Assembly (NCBI RefSeq): GCF_032191835.1
Contig: NC_083237.1
Location: 25,234,001 to 25,298,000, forward strand
DNA: 64,000 nt
Direction of reading: 5' to 3'
Origin: Heteronotia binoei
Lineage: Eukaryota
The position numbers were made by a program, and so were the translations under genes. A model generated the notes under the pieces. It had not been told where the DNA came from, searched no databases, and worked only from the letters and a program-made list of their open reading frames with translations. Below, in pieces: positions 50,208-61,703 of this stretch (position 1 is its first letter; each line of letters begins with the position of its first letter).

Positions 50208-51475
50208 ATCAAGATATACAGCATAATTATTTCTTAGAAGCACTTGGCTTGAAAGTAAATTCTCAATTGATTCAGGTGCATAAGCTACATATTTCAATCT
50301 TCCTGGCATTAAATCTCCATCAGTGGTAAGGAATTTCATTTTGATCTCACCCACACCACAAACTTGTAAGGGTTTCTGGTTGGCACCTGTAATTTCAGGT
50401 CTCTGACTTTCATCGAACTCTGAAAACATGCCTTTATATCGACAAATATGCATAGCAGATTCACTATCAATCAAAAATCTTCCTCTTTCACCAATAAAAT
50501 TCACATTATTAACATGCATGGAACTTTCTCTGTTTTTTTTCTTTGTTCCCACCTGGGCCATGCGGCTTGGAAAAATTTCTGGCTGCTATTATTTCTATGG
50601 CCACGAGATGGCGCCCGTGTTCCCTCATTTGAAACATGTGCTTTAACATTACTATTCCTTTGCTCAGTAGCAGCATCACAGTTATTACAATATCTTGCGA
50701 TATGGCCTTTTTGCCCACATCTATGGCATATTATATCTCTTCTTGACTTATTCCTATACTGTGGTTTCAGGCTTAAAGCAGACATAGAGTCAGTTTCAAG
50801 CTTAAAGCAGACATATAATCAGTTCAGTGTCCTTGTCCCCAGATCTGGAAGCTGCTTCCTCCTTGATAGCATTTAACAGGCCATCCAGACTCAAAGCCTT
50901 TTGCAGTCCTAAAATCATCTTAATTGGCTTGTAAATACTGGGTAGAGCTTTCAATATAGTTGAGATTAAGTCTCTTTCTGCAATAGCCTCACCAAGCTCC
51001 TGTAGTCTGGATTACATGCACATAAATTCCTTCAGATGTTTAGTCACATTCTCCCCTTCTTGCACTTGAAAACCAACATTTTGCCCTTTAAATCATGAAT
51101 AGTGCTTGTGGGAGTTTTGTTATATTTAAGGCATTCAAGCATTTGTTTTGCAGTTTTAAGAGTATGCAATTCCTTAATAGATTCTAAAATGAGAGTTTTT
51201 GCAAAACCATCTAGCCGTTTAAAATCTGATTTTTCTTGCTCATTCTAAGGGGGATTTTCAGACAAAACTTGCTCAGCTTCATAAATCTCAAGTCTTTGCG
51301 TTAGGAGCGAGAGCCAGAATGAGAAATTATTCTTAGTTAACTTCAGGGTACTAAATCCTATCATAGGTAGGTTACTCACAATTCCAAAACCAAGATTTGC
51401 AGTGGCTGCTCCTGAAAATGTGGAAACACAAAATCCAGTTGCTCCTCTCTCTGGGCTCGACATTTTGCACAGCAA
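50205..51475 (-). pseudogene. Copia gag/protease remnant
   Basis: KLTKNNFSFW (gag N-terminus), CHRCGQKGHIARYC zinc knuckle, FLIDSESAMHIC (protease with DSG mutated). Confidence 0.85.
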
Positions 51476-51879
51476 TCAGGCAGGACAGGGTTAAAGATTC
51501 TTCCTTCCACACTGGAGAGAAAAGGCAGCTGAATGTGCGCGCATGGTTGCAGCAAGGCTCTTCCAAGGTCTCTGACGTAATCCACAGAAAAAGGGTTAAA
51601 AAGCACCAAAAATTCTCTTTCTAGCACATCTGAGACTTTTAGACAAAAGCAGCAGCGTTTCCAGATCGAGACAATCTGAATTCAACGCTCATTTAAGTCA
51701 GAACGCTCTCAGTAATGGCAAGAGAAAAAAAGACGTCGTTTTAAAATTGAGGCTTCTGCACAGCATAGCAGCTTTTTGCCTATTGGTTTCTAACAGCTCT
51801 CAAAGGTGATCCAGATTTTAAAAAATCATTTAGATTTCAAAAAACAGTCCATGCTATAAGCTACCAGCTTGATGGCAGG

Positions 51880-51899
51880 AACCATCTGCTCTGCTATCA
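51880..51899 (-). other. Primer-binding site complementary to the initiator tRNA-Met 3' end
   Basis: Minus strand TGATAGCAGAGCAGATGGTT versus the tRNA-iMet complement TGGTAGCAGAGGATGGTT (one mismatch, 2-nt insertion), 4 nt inside the 5' LTR end. Confidence 0.75.
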
Positions 51900-51903
51900 A
51901 TTT

Positions 51904-52503
51904 TGTTAGGGAAATTCTGTTTGAAAGTTATTTCTTTATCTCAAACAGTGTGATGAATCAATGGATCAAATAATCATTGAGAGGAATTTAACATGAAAAA
52001 GCAAAAACATATTTATTACGACAGGGAAAGGGTACTGGGAGATGGAAATAATAAGGAACTACATCCTCACACTAGAAGATCATGTGCTTAATGGAGGCTA
52101 CTTTCTCCTTCTTCTTGACCTCTCTGCCTGAACAAAGGAAGTCACCTGACTAACTGACCAAACAGACAAAGCAGAAGGTCCCAGGTCCCTGGCATCTCCA
52201 AAAAAGGGTCCAGGCAAATAGGTGTGAAAAACCTCAGCTTGAGACCCTGGAGAGCCGCTGCCAGTCTGGGAAGACAATACTGACTTTGATGGACCAAGGG
52301 TCTGATTCAGTATAAGGCAGCTTCATATGTTCATATGTTCATGTTCAACAGATTTTCCCACTTCTAGACCCTGATTGACAGCAGTCAGTATCTTCTTCCT
52401 AGGTCATGCAGACAATAGGGAATCAGGCACAGTGTTAACCCTATAATGACTGAAACTTTAGAATATTGCAAAGGACATACAGAACAGATATATATTTCCA
52501 ACA
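51904..52503 (-). repeat. Copia 5' LTR (600 bp including a SINE insertion at about 52140-52346)
   Basis: About 19 substitutions plus a few indels versus the other LTR by manual count (roughly 5 percent). Confidence 0.93.
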
Positions 52504-53629
52504 TTAGCCACAGCATATTATTGGAACTGTCTGGGGCAGTGATGCTCTGTATTCTTGGTGCTTGAGCGGGGGGGGGCAAAGTGGAAGGGCTTCTAGCCCC
52601 ACTTGTGATCCTCCTGATGGCACTTGGGGGTTTTTTGGCCACTGTGTAACACAGAGTGTTGGACTGGATGGGCCATTGGCCTGATCCAACACGGCTTCTC
52701 TTATGTTCTTAATATGGAACAGCATGGTGGACACCACAAAACGGCTCTCGCAAAATATCAGGAAGTAAGGTAATGCATAACTCTAATAGTAAATCTTCAC
52801 ATTTCAAACAAATGCTCTCTTACCAGGTTACCTTTTAAACCTAATATATTGCTTGAAATATTTTCTTGCAGACATACAGCATACCTTCAGTGACACTGTG
52901 GACATCCTTCTGCTGTGATGGCAGTTGCTGCCAAAGCACATTTTTAAAAAATCCCATGGATGCCGCTTTGGGAACCCCTGTATTTTTAATTAAATTCTTA
53001 CAATTCTTACTATACTGTCTAGTTTCTAAACAGAAAGTTACGTTTTAAATACCAAAGTAGTAACACAAACAGAATAAGCCTCACATGCAAATTACATAGA
53101 ACAGATGCACAGCTAGAAATTTGTATCCAAGTGTTGATAACCTACAGTTACATGGGAGTGGGGCAAGGATGTGCACATCAACTCCAGGAAATCTATTCAT
53201 GCACTCATGTTCTTTATAGGATTGAAACTGTCAAGAAGTCCAAGCCTGAACTCCTTGGTTTCCCAAGGCTGATGTACACAAATAGCCAAACTTTTTTTAA
53301 AAATCATAATTTTTATTTAATATCTTTCAGAACAAAATTTTTAATCTGCGGACAACACAACACTCTAAAATCATACAGCAAGAAAAACTAGCTTAACTAA
53401 CGCATTTCTAAGACCTGTATTAGATGGCACAAACCTTAAGTTCAGTAGCCAAAGGCCATAGCTTATGTCGGTTGCACTATGACTATATCACACTTCAGGG
53501 CAGGCCTTTTAGTCCATCAGAACCCAGGCTAGCCTCCTTTCTCCAGACTCTTAGTTCAATTATAGTTTACTTGGCAAAGCAGCATCAGGTGATGATGACA
53601 TCCAATCAGAACATGTTCTTGCTGGAGCC

Positions 53630-54216
53630 CAGGGCTATCAAACACGCAGCCTGGGGGCCAAATCAGGCTCCTGGAAGGCTCCTATCAGGCCCCAAGCAAT
53701 TGGCTGTTGTCTGTTTTCCTTCTCCCTCTCTTGCTTCCTTCTGCATCACAGCTTGCTTTTCAAGGCTTGCTCAATAGCACAGGAGCTACAGAGCAAAGTC
53801 CCTATTTCTCCATTGTCTGAGGCTCCTCCCTTGGGGAAGGATAGTTTGCTTTGGCAGGTTCTCTCAATTGCACAGCAGAGCTACTAAGCCAAGCCTCTCC
53901 TCCTTCTATTGGCTGAGGCTCCCCCCCAAAACACTGGTCCTTTGGGGAAGAAAGGAAAGAGCCAGAGTTTCCTTTGCCCAGTTTCCTGGATCACATGGGA
54001 GAGATACAAAGAAAGCACTTTTAAGACTCATGAGTGCTAATGTTTTAAGCATGTTTTATTTTGGTTTTTTTTTAAATCTTTGTGTTTGTTTGTGCCCTTT
54101 ATAAAGTTTATATTTCTGCTACCTGGGATTACATTTAATGATGCTCATGGCCTGGCCCAACAAGGCCCCATTTATGTTGGATCTGGCCCTCATAACAAAC
54201 GAGTTCGACACCCCTG
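53630..54216. mobile_element. Non-autonomous hAT element, inverted paralog of 25206-26023
   Basis: Shared body (gagttcgacacccctg; aaacattagcactc; ggccccaagcaattggctg); TSD not clear. Confidence 0.8.
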
Positions 54217-54526
54217 CTCTAGAAAGTTATCCCATCACTCCTGATTCCCCCCTCCCATTCTATGGGCCAGTGGGTCACAGGTTTTCTTGAGCAGCTAATT
54301 ACCAAAATTCCAGCTCTGGCCTTGAAGATGATAAGGACTATGTATTTATTATTATTTCCTTAAGCTTCTATACCACCCTCCCTGCAAGCGAGCTCAGAGA
54401 GACCCAATTAGCAACATCTGCAAGATGGAATAAGCCCGTTAGTATTCACATTAACCCGTGAGAGGAATCAGGAGTGTTTTGTCTCAGAAATCTCTGAGTA
54501 TTTTTTGCCATCAGGCAAAGTGTTAC

Positions 54527-54708
54527 CAGGGCTTTTTATGAAGCAGGAATTCTTTTGCATATTAGGCCACACACCCCTGATGTAGCCAATCCTTCTGAAG
54601 CTTACAGTAGGCCCTGTATTAAGAGCTCTGTAAGCTCTTGAAGGATTGGCTACATTAGGGGTGTGTGGCCTAATATGCAAAGAAGTTCCTGCTACAAAAA
54701 AAGCCTTA
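54527..54708. mobile_element. Palindromic hAT MITE (CAGGGCTTTTT family)
   Basis: About 80-bp inverted arms (…tttgcatattaggccacacacccctgatgtagccaatccttc / gaaggattggctacattaggggtgtgtggcctaatatgcaaa…). Confidence 0.85.
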
Positions 54709-55067
54709 ACCATAACATTTCAGTTAAATACTTGGGAACAAAAACTGTAATTGTTGTAAATATCGTATAGCTATGATGAAGATGTTAGTGGGAAAGGCAA
54801 TTTTGATAGTATACTTTCTAGTAATAAGTTTTGTAGATACGGGTGAACATCACTTTGCAAATGCCCAAGACAATGTCTGCTGTCTTCTGTGTGTTCTGTT
54901 GCGAAAGGATATGTAGCATTTGTGAATACTATTCTAAAATAAATATTTGTTATGGAAATAACTGTTGATGGAATTATTTCTGATTGAAAACCAAGCCTGT
55001 GCCTATGTGAAATCTTCATTTAGAAATTATGAAGCTATCATTTATTTTTGCTGTCTTTTCTTCTCAC

Positions 55068-55163
55068 CCCGGCTAATGTTCTAGTAATGATCTGTGGTCT
55101 TAAGAAGAACTGCACCATGTCATGGCCTGAGAAATCCTGCAAGGCTGAGACCGCCTTCCTCAT
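55068..55163 (-). CDS. SYNGR4: SYNGR4 first coding exon (96 bp from ATG)
   Basis: MRKAVSALQDFSGHDMVQFFLRPQIITRTLAG|gtgaga versus recalled human MHIPKSLQELANSEAVQFLRRPKTITRVFEG. Upstream acceptor ttccttttacag near 55212. Not in the supplied ORF track. Confidence 0.9.
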
Positions 55164-57849
55164 TCTGTAGCTCCCTTTTGTCTCTAGAACAAACCTTGAT
55201 CTTGACAGATGCTGTAAAAGGAAGTTGGGAAAAATAAACTAAGAAAATAGAAGAATGCGATACTACTTTTATGAGATATGGGTACGGTCATATTAGTCAA
55301 CATTTGCTAGTATATTAAGGCTATTTCCCCAAATTTATAATAAGCTACTGTTTAGCAATACCCACCAATTTAGTGTTCTGTTTTTATCCTATACTAAATC
55401 CAAGGAGCTCAGAATGGCATAGATAGTTCTCCCCATTTCCAATTTACCCTCACACAGAGACATAAACTCCCAGATATTTTGAAACCATGGGGATGGGAAA
55501 AACACGAAATAAACTCGGGGGGGGGGGGGATTTGGGGTAGAATTAAAATATATGCAGTGCTTTAACAACATAAAATGCATCGTAGCAAGCAAAAAGAAAG
55601 GGTGTTACTTGGGCAAAAGCCTTCATAGACAGTCACAAATGCAGTAACAGCATATTTGGATTTTGAGTTAAACTTTGTAACATTGAAAACATTACATTGT
55701 TCTATTATCACATGTTATAACATACTGATTGTGGATAAAACTGGTCATATTTAAACAATATCCCTGAAAATGCTATAATTGCCTCCAGGAAGGCAAGGCA
55801 GCAAGCAATCTATCAATGTCTTGTGTCAATCCTTTGATGAAGTGTTGCAAAGATTGATCACAGAGGGTCAGGTGAAGAAGACAGCAGATAAAGTGTACCA
55901 ACTTCAACTTTCTCCTCTAATCTAAGATCATAAGTATTAGACTAGAGGAAGTCAAGCAGCAATTCCAAATAAGGCTTTGTCTGCTGTACCCAGAAAGATG
56001 ACGATGCCTTCTTCGTGAGCACAGAAATGCACCTTGGATTTAAGTGTTGTATATATCTACAGTATACAAAGAAATTATTTTCTAATATTTACATTAGACT
56101 CTCCATTCCATACACTGTGAGTAAAACCTTGTCTTGAAAAGCATTTAACTTATCCCAAAAGATAATATATCTCATAGTTTTGTTTTTTTTAGTACTTCCC
56201 AAAATGTCACCAGAAAGTATGTTTTTAATCTGAATTTTTCTGGGCTTTAATATCTCTGCTCACAACAACCCTGAGGTACATTAGGTTCACATTTCTCTCA
56301 ATTCTACTCATATACTGAAAGAAGTCAATAAAACTTGGTTTAGAGTGTCAATTCAGATTATATATTTGTTTGCTAAATTTAAATCCTGTTTTGAAGTTCA
56401 TATTATCTGACAATTCCTATATTATCTGACAATTCCGCTTGTACAAAGCTTGTGCAAAGCTTAATTTAATAGCCAGTCATATTGGTTAGGCAACATTAAT
56501 TCAATAATAAATTACGGTATTTTGAAGAAGCCTGTGCAGAAGAAAAGCTAATAGATTTATTTTCCTGAAACTGCATTGGTCTTAGTGCATTTATTACAGA
56601 TCTTGAGAACTACCCTGTCTGGGTGGCTAAAAAACAACAAAGATCTAGAAACATTTGTTAATCTTCCTGAGATAAGGCTATGCATTTGGCACTTTCAACG
56701 GTCACATATTTACTTCAGAATTTAAAGACATGGAAATACCCATTTATTAATGTTATGAGCAGAGTTCTAAATCAAGGTTCAGAAATACTTAAACATTTTA
56801 GGGTGGAGCCTGGGAAAGTGGGGTTTAGTGAAGGGAAACCTTGATAGGGTATAGCATCCAGTTGTAATTGTAGGGGATCAAGCCCCCACCATGAGGTTGG
56901 CAATCCTAGTTATGGATTTTAAGAACATTCACTTGGGGGAGAAGACTTGGTAAACATAAAATGACAGTATTTGGGACAGCACCTCATGCTGTGGGGAAGC
57001 CCTAATATCTGAAGTAGTGTTGTTCAATTGGTGCTCAAATTTGTTGTATGTGAATTCCCTGTGATTCTCAGTAAGCAAAATTATGAGTAGTGTGCTGCAT
57101 TCCTTTACTCTGTTGTGACAGCCTGTCCTGTTCTGAAAAACCAAAGGAGGTAATTGTGCTTTGTATTGTTACTGACCCTGAAGTGCACTGACAGACTAGC
57201 AACTAATGCGAACAACATTTTAACAAAGGCCAAAAAGAAAAAAAGCAGTGATCTGACAGGGCCAAATGCCAGGAAACAGGAGTGTTTTCTATCCGGACTG
57301 GATGTAGTACCATGGCTAAAGAAAATAAAAAATGAACTGTGACCCAGAAGATCTCCAGTTCAAATGTTCTAACCTCAGTAGGTAGTCTTAGACAATTGGC
57401 TCACTCTTTCTTGGCCTCAATAATAAGGGGTGGAGAAATAACAATACTGGTATGTTTTATAGCTATTAAGTAAGTACAAGAGAGTGTGCATGAGCACTGA
57501 AAGGGTTAATGTATCTCCACACCTCAAAACTACTTCATCACTACTATGATAAGTCTTGACAAATGTTTTCTCTATTTCTCACTAGACTGGTATGCCAACA
57601 TTTATGCCTTCTCTCTTCATTGCGAGGCGGACTACACTAGTATTTCATCAGAGATTTTTGGCAGACTACGCTAGTATCCCATCAAGATTTCTGGTACTAG
57701 AAATAGTTCCAGGAAGCTAGCGATGTTCGTATGCAGTACAAATGCAAGATTCGAGATCAACAGCACCTTTCTTGGTACCAGAAAGTTGACCTTTTGAGCC
57801 TGACTTCCCAGTTACTGATACAGGTGAAGGCACAAAGTTCTATAGGACC

Positions 57850-58900
57850 ATAAATACACGCATACCGCCCCCCTTTCCTTTGCAATTCTTTCAGATTTCA
57901 ATCCACTTTCCCCCTCACCAATGCCCTTTAAAGCTACGTTTTTCCCGCCTGTCAGATGTCTATATGCCGCATACGAAGTAGGAGGAGAACGCGTGTGAGA
58001 GAATTCGATGCCTGATTGGCTAGGCCAGGGAGGCCACGCCCCTTCTTTCTATTGCTCGCGCTCAGAGAGGTGGTTGGAAATGACGGTTGGGCGAAGGGGG
58101 TGGGCGCGCCGTTCCCAGAGTTGTGCGCGTGCAAACAGAAAAAAGCGGGCGAAAATATGCACCTGCGCGTCTTACGCCTGTTCCTAAACAGACAGGTCGT
58201 GCGTGTGTTTGTCAGTGAAAGTTACATTTCTTTCTTTTACAGAATTTATAGTCCTCCCTTTTCAGAAAGACTCTAAAGAAAACAATATTGTGTGTATGTG
58301 AAGCGTTCCTTCGTTCCCGCGCAAAGTATACCATAGAGTAGAAAAGCGCTAGACTGGCAAACACGCGGAAGTTCCGATCAAAAAATCCAAAGTAGCCGTC
58401 CTCTTGTAAGAATGTTCTGGCTCCGAACATCTCTATGGTGAAACCATTATATCGCTTTTGATGGGACGTTAGAAGGGAAAATTTTTTCGCTTGTAGGCCG
58501 GAAACGTTCAGAGAAACAGCGATCCTGCCCGACAAACTCTCTCTCTCTCTCCCTCCCTCCTGAGAGATACAAACTTGCTACGCAAGCGCGCCGCAGAGCG
58601 ACGAATTGGGCAGAAGCCGAAGCATGAGTGCGCCTGCGGAAGAAAAGCCCCGCCCCTGAGAACGGATAAGGAGCTGTAAAAACGAAAGACTAGTAGAGAC
58701 GTACGCATGCGTAGTAGTATCAATGTCAGTCTTCTATGTAAAGGTTAGAGCTCGTTGCTTTGCATGCTGGCTTTGCCCCTCGCGCGCCTCTGCTTTAAGC
58801 TGGCTACAAAGGGGATTGGAAGCTTTATTTATATTATGAGACACGGAAAGGAAACAACTGTTTAGATAAAATTTGTGGAGACGTCGTCGTGCAGGGTAGT
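57850..58900. promoter_or_regulatory. Bidirectional SYNGR4/TMEM143 promoter region (CpG-retaining)
   Basis: ATTGG (CCAAT) 58015-58019, CCACGCCCC 58034-58042, NRF1-like GCGCCTGCG and CGCATGCG, GC box near 58650; minus-strand donor TG|gtgagg at 57919; many CpGs. Confidence 0.7.
58080..58099 (+). CDS. TMEM143: Candidate TMEM143 first coding mini-exon (MTVGRRG)
   Basis: ATGACGGTTGGGCGAAGGGG|gtgggc; its phase 2 joins the A-ATG start of the next exon; recalled human protein starts MTVELWLR. The donor is weak. Confidence 0.5.
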
Positions 58901-59262
58901 GATGTCTGATGTAGAACATCATTTCAGCCAGCACTGAATGTAGCCATGATTGACCTTTGACCCCATTCTACTGGCCGAATTTAATTTGGGTTAAGGCCAT
59001 CTAAACTAGTAGACATGATCAAACGGTGCAAAATTGCTCTGTTGGTTCAGGTGCTGATCATCAGCAGTCTTTCGGTGGATTTTGGTCTCCTTGGTTCAGC
59101 TAAGCCATTTTGAAAAGACAGACTGCTTTAGTTCCCCTGACCATGGTATGCACCACCTCTACCTTGCTAGCAACATAAGGGATCCTTCAGAAGAAAAGTT
59201 GAAGGTGAATTTTGCTGGTTACTGTGTCTTTGTATTCATTGATGATCTTTGAACTCTCTTAG

Positions 59263-59458
59263 AATGCTGCATATGGTACGGTTAAGCCTAAAGGCTGGGA
59301 TTACCAGCTTGCCATCTCGTGGCAAAGCCTCCCTAGCTGCTAAAATGGTGCAATACCGGAAGATGCGGAAACCAACACAGCCACAGAACTGGACAGTGGA
59401 TTATCGGGAGCGATACATCCCCTTTTCCAAGGAGCAGCTTGTTAATACACTACTTAAG
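59263..59458 (+). CDS. TMEM143: TMEM143 exon (196 bp); gene continues beyond the window
   Basis: ctctcttag|A ATG CTG CAT...AAG|gtatca; [37 protein letters not shown] versus recalled human [37 protein letters not shown]. Confidence 0.92.
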
Positions 59459-61703
59459 GTATCATTGTTGCTGCGTTTGGGTTCCAAAACTTTGTGTATT
59501 CTTAGAATCTTGCCTTCTATTTTTTAAAAGTATTTTTAACTCATAACATTAGAAGTGTGAGAGCAGTGCTTTGTTAAGTCTCAAAAAGGTGGAGGCAGGG
59601 CTGAGTAGGATTTCTGGAGGTCAGGAATTATACACCAAGCCCCTTCCTACAGGCAGCGCATATGAATTTTGACATACTTACTTTGTGTAATTGATGCATA
59701 TCACAGAATTCCCAGAGTCTGACTATTTTGCTGTAGAATCATCTCTCTCTGCCTTTAACAAGGAATATATAAAGTGCAGTAGCCACTCACATCTTGAGAC
59801 ATTGCAATGCACAGTGTGACAGCCAGAAGAACTGGCATAGGGTAGGAATTAGAGTATTGGGCAAGGATCTGGATTTCCCAGGTTAGAATCCCCGCTCTTG
59901 GTGGGGAAGCTTTCAGAGTGACATTTGGTCAGTCACTCTATCATTCCCTAATCTGCCTCGCAGGGTGGTTGTTGAGAAGATAAAATGGAAGTGGGAAGAA
60001 CAGTGCTGTAAGCCACTTGGGGTCTCTGCTGGGAAGAAGTAGGATATAGATACCGAAGTGAAATAACTACAACTCTTAACACTTAGTGGTACAAATGGCA
60101 AAGTGCTGTGTAGGATAGTAAGGTCTCCATTAGGTAGCCAAAGTGGAGGTGAAGATTGAGCTCAAATACTGAAGGACTCTAACTGTGCTTCTGATAAAGC
60201 ACAGAAGAAGGTTCCATTTTCAGTTATCAGAATCTCCAGTTAATGAATCTCATGTTGCAAGTGCCAGGAAACACCTAGAGTTTTGCCTAAATCCTAGAGC
60301 ACCCCCATCAGTGTCATGCTGGCAATGTGACATCATTTCAAGGTGTTTGCCAGAAGTGATGCTGCATCACTGTCAGTGTCATTAATTTTTTTTCTCCTAT
60401 TAGCCCTCAGCAGATCCCTGGGAAATGAGAAGGAAGCAAAGGACATCTCCCTAGTGACATGGAGATCTTTTGGGGAGGAGGAGGGCCCAAGATTTTTATA
60501 AATTGCTAAAATATAAATGCCTTAGTTTTCTATAATATGAGTTGTGAATACAACATTCAGTATATCTAGAGAGAGCTGTAAACTACTGCCTTTTATGCCA
60601 CCTTAGCACATGCATGTTAGAGTTTACCAATAGAAAAATAGGAAAAAATAAAAGTTGAAAATCAAAACTGCAAATTTTCTAGTAAATAAAAGGAAGTGTG
60701 TATTTGAACACCAGCAGTCTCATTAGGATCATTAGCATATTTGGCTATCAAGTGGAGCTTCGTTACACTGAAGTCTTAACTAGTATGATATCACTGTACC
60801 CATTATTGCAAATAAACTGTTGACAAAACTAGTCATATGCAAAACATGCCCCTGAAAATCTGTTGTATGTCTGCTTTATACACTGGAGTGATTATCTAAT
60901 GGAAACCTTTTTGAGCTTGCAGGCCCCTTTGAAATTCTGACACAGCACAGGTTTTTAAATTTTGTTTAGCTGTTCTTTCAAACCACCACCCCGGCCTTGG
61001 TTTTCTGGTTTTTTCTCTCCGTGGCCTTAAAGAGGGCTGATGACAGGCAACTTTGTACAGAACGAAAGAAAGGAGGAGAGTTGGAAAGGGAATTAAGAAT
61101 CACTTGCTGTCCAGGATTGCAGTGTAGAGTTGTGTTGATTATGTCGTGTTCAGTGTTTTATTTATTTGATTTCTAGCCTATTGTGACCTGTGCAACAGGG
61201 CTCAGAGCAAGTAACAACAATATTCATAAAACAGTATAAATTTAAACTGGTAAAACAATTTTTGCAATACTACTGATAGCAAATAAGATACTGTAGGGAC
61301 TGTCTGGAAACATATATTTTTCTTTTAATGTAGGAGTGGATTATGACAGATGGCATCCAGTGCATACGAGCGACCTTTTCATTTCAGAAAGGATAGTCCT
61401 GCTTTATAAATCAGAGAGACAGGGTGGAAATACAGTATGGCTCTCTAAGCCCAGAGAGCCCCACCTTCAGAAGGTGGGTCAGAGACCACACACTGAGTCT
61501 TCCTGAAGTAATTTTGCTGACAAGCAGACAGAGGTAGCTGTAAAAAAGGCTGTTCCAACAGGAGCAGATATCTAAGAATGCAATTGAAGACATAGCTGTA
61601 TACTCTTATGTCTTACAATAACATCTGGAATATGCATCAAACCGATCTCTTATATTTTTATTTCCATCCAAGACTAATTTCTTACAGAATTGCCCACCCC
61701 AGC

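Larger units (their letters stand above)
46084..52503 (-). mobile_element. Ty1/copia LTR retrotransposon, structurally complete but degenerate
   Basis: TG...CA LTRs at 46084-46489 and 51904-52503; 5-bp TSD TTAGC on both sides; domain order gag-PR-IN-RT-RH on the minus strand; many stops and frameshifts. Confidence 0.96.

Noticed and set aside
55988-56060. Alternative SYNGR4 first-exon candidate ending ...SSSFW|gtacag
   Set aside because: No similarity to synaptogyrin N-termini; 55068-55163 matches far better.
57628-57690. Short tandem duplication gactacactagtatttcatc / gactacgctagtatcccatc resembling ZNF143/GFY motifs
   Set aside because: Only the ACTAC core matches; the spacing does not fit the ACTACAnnTCCC consensus.
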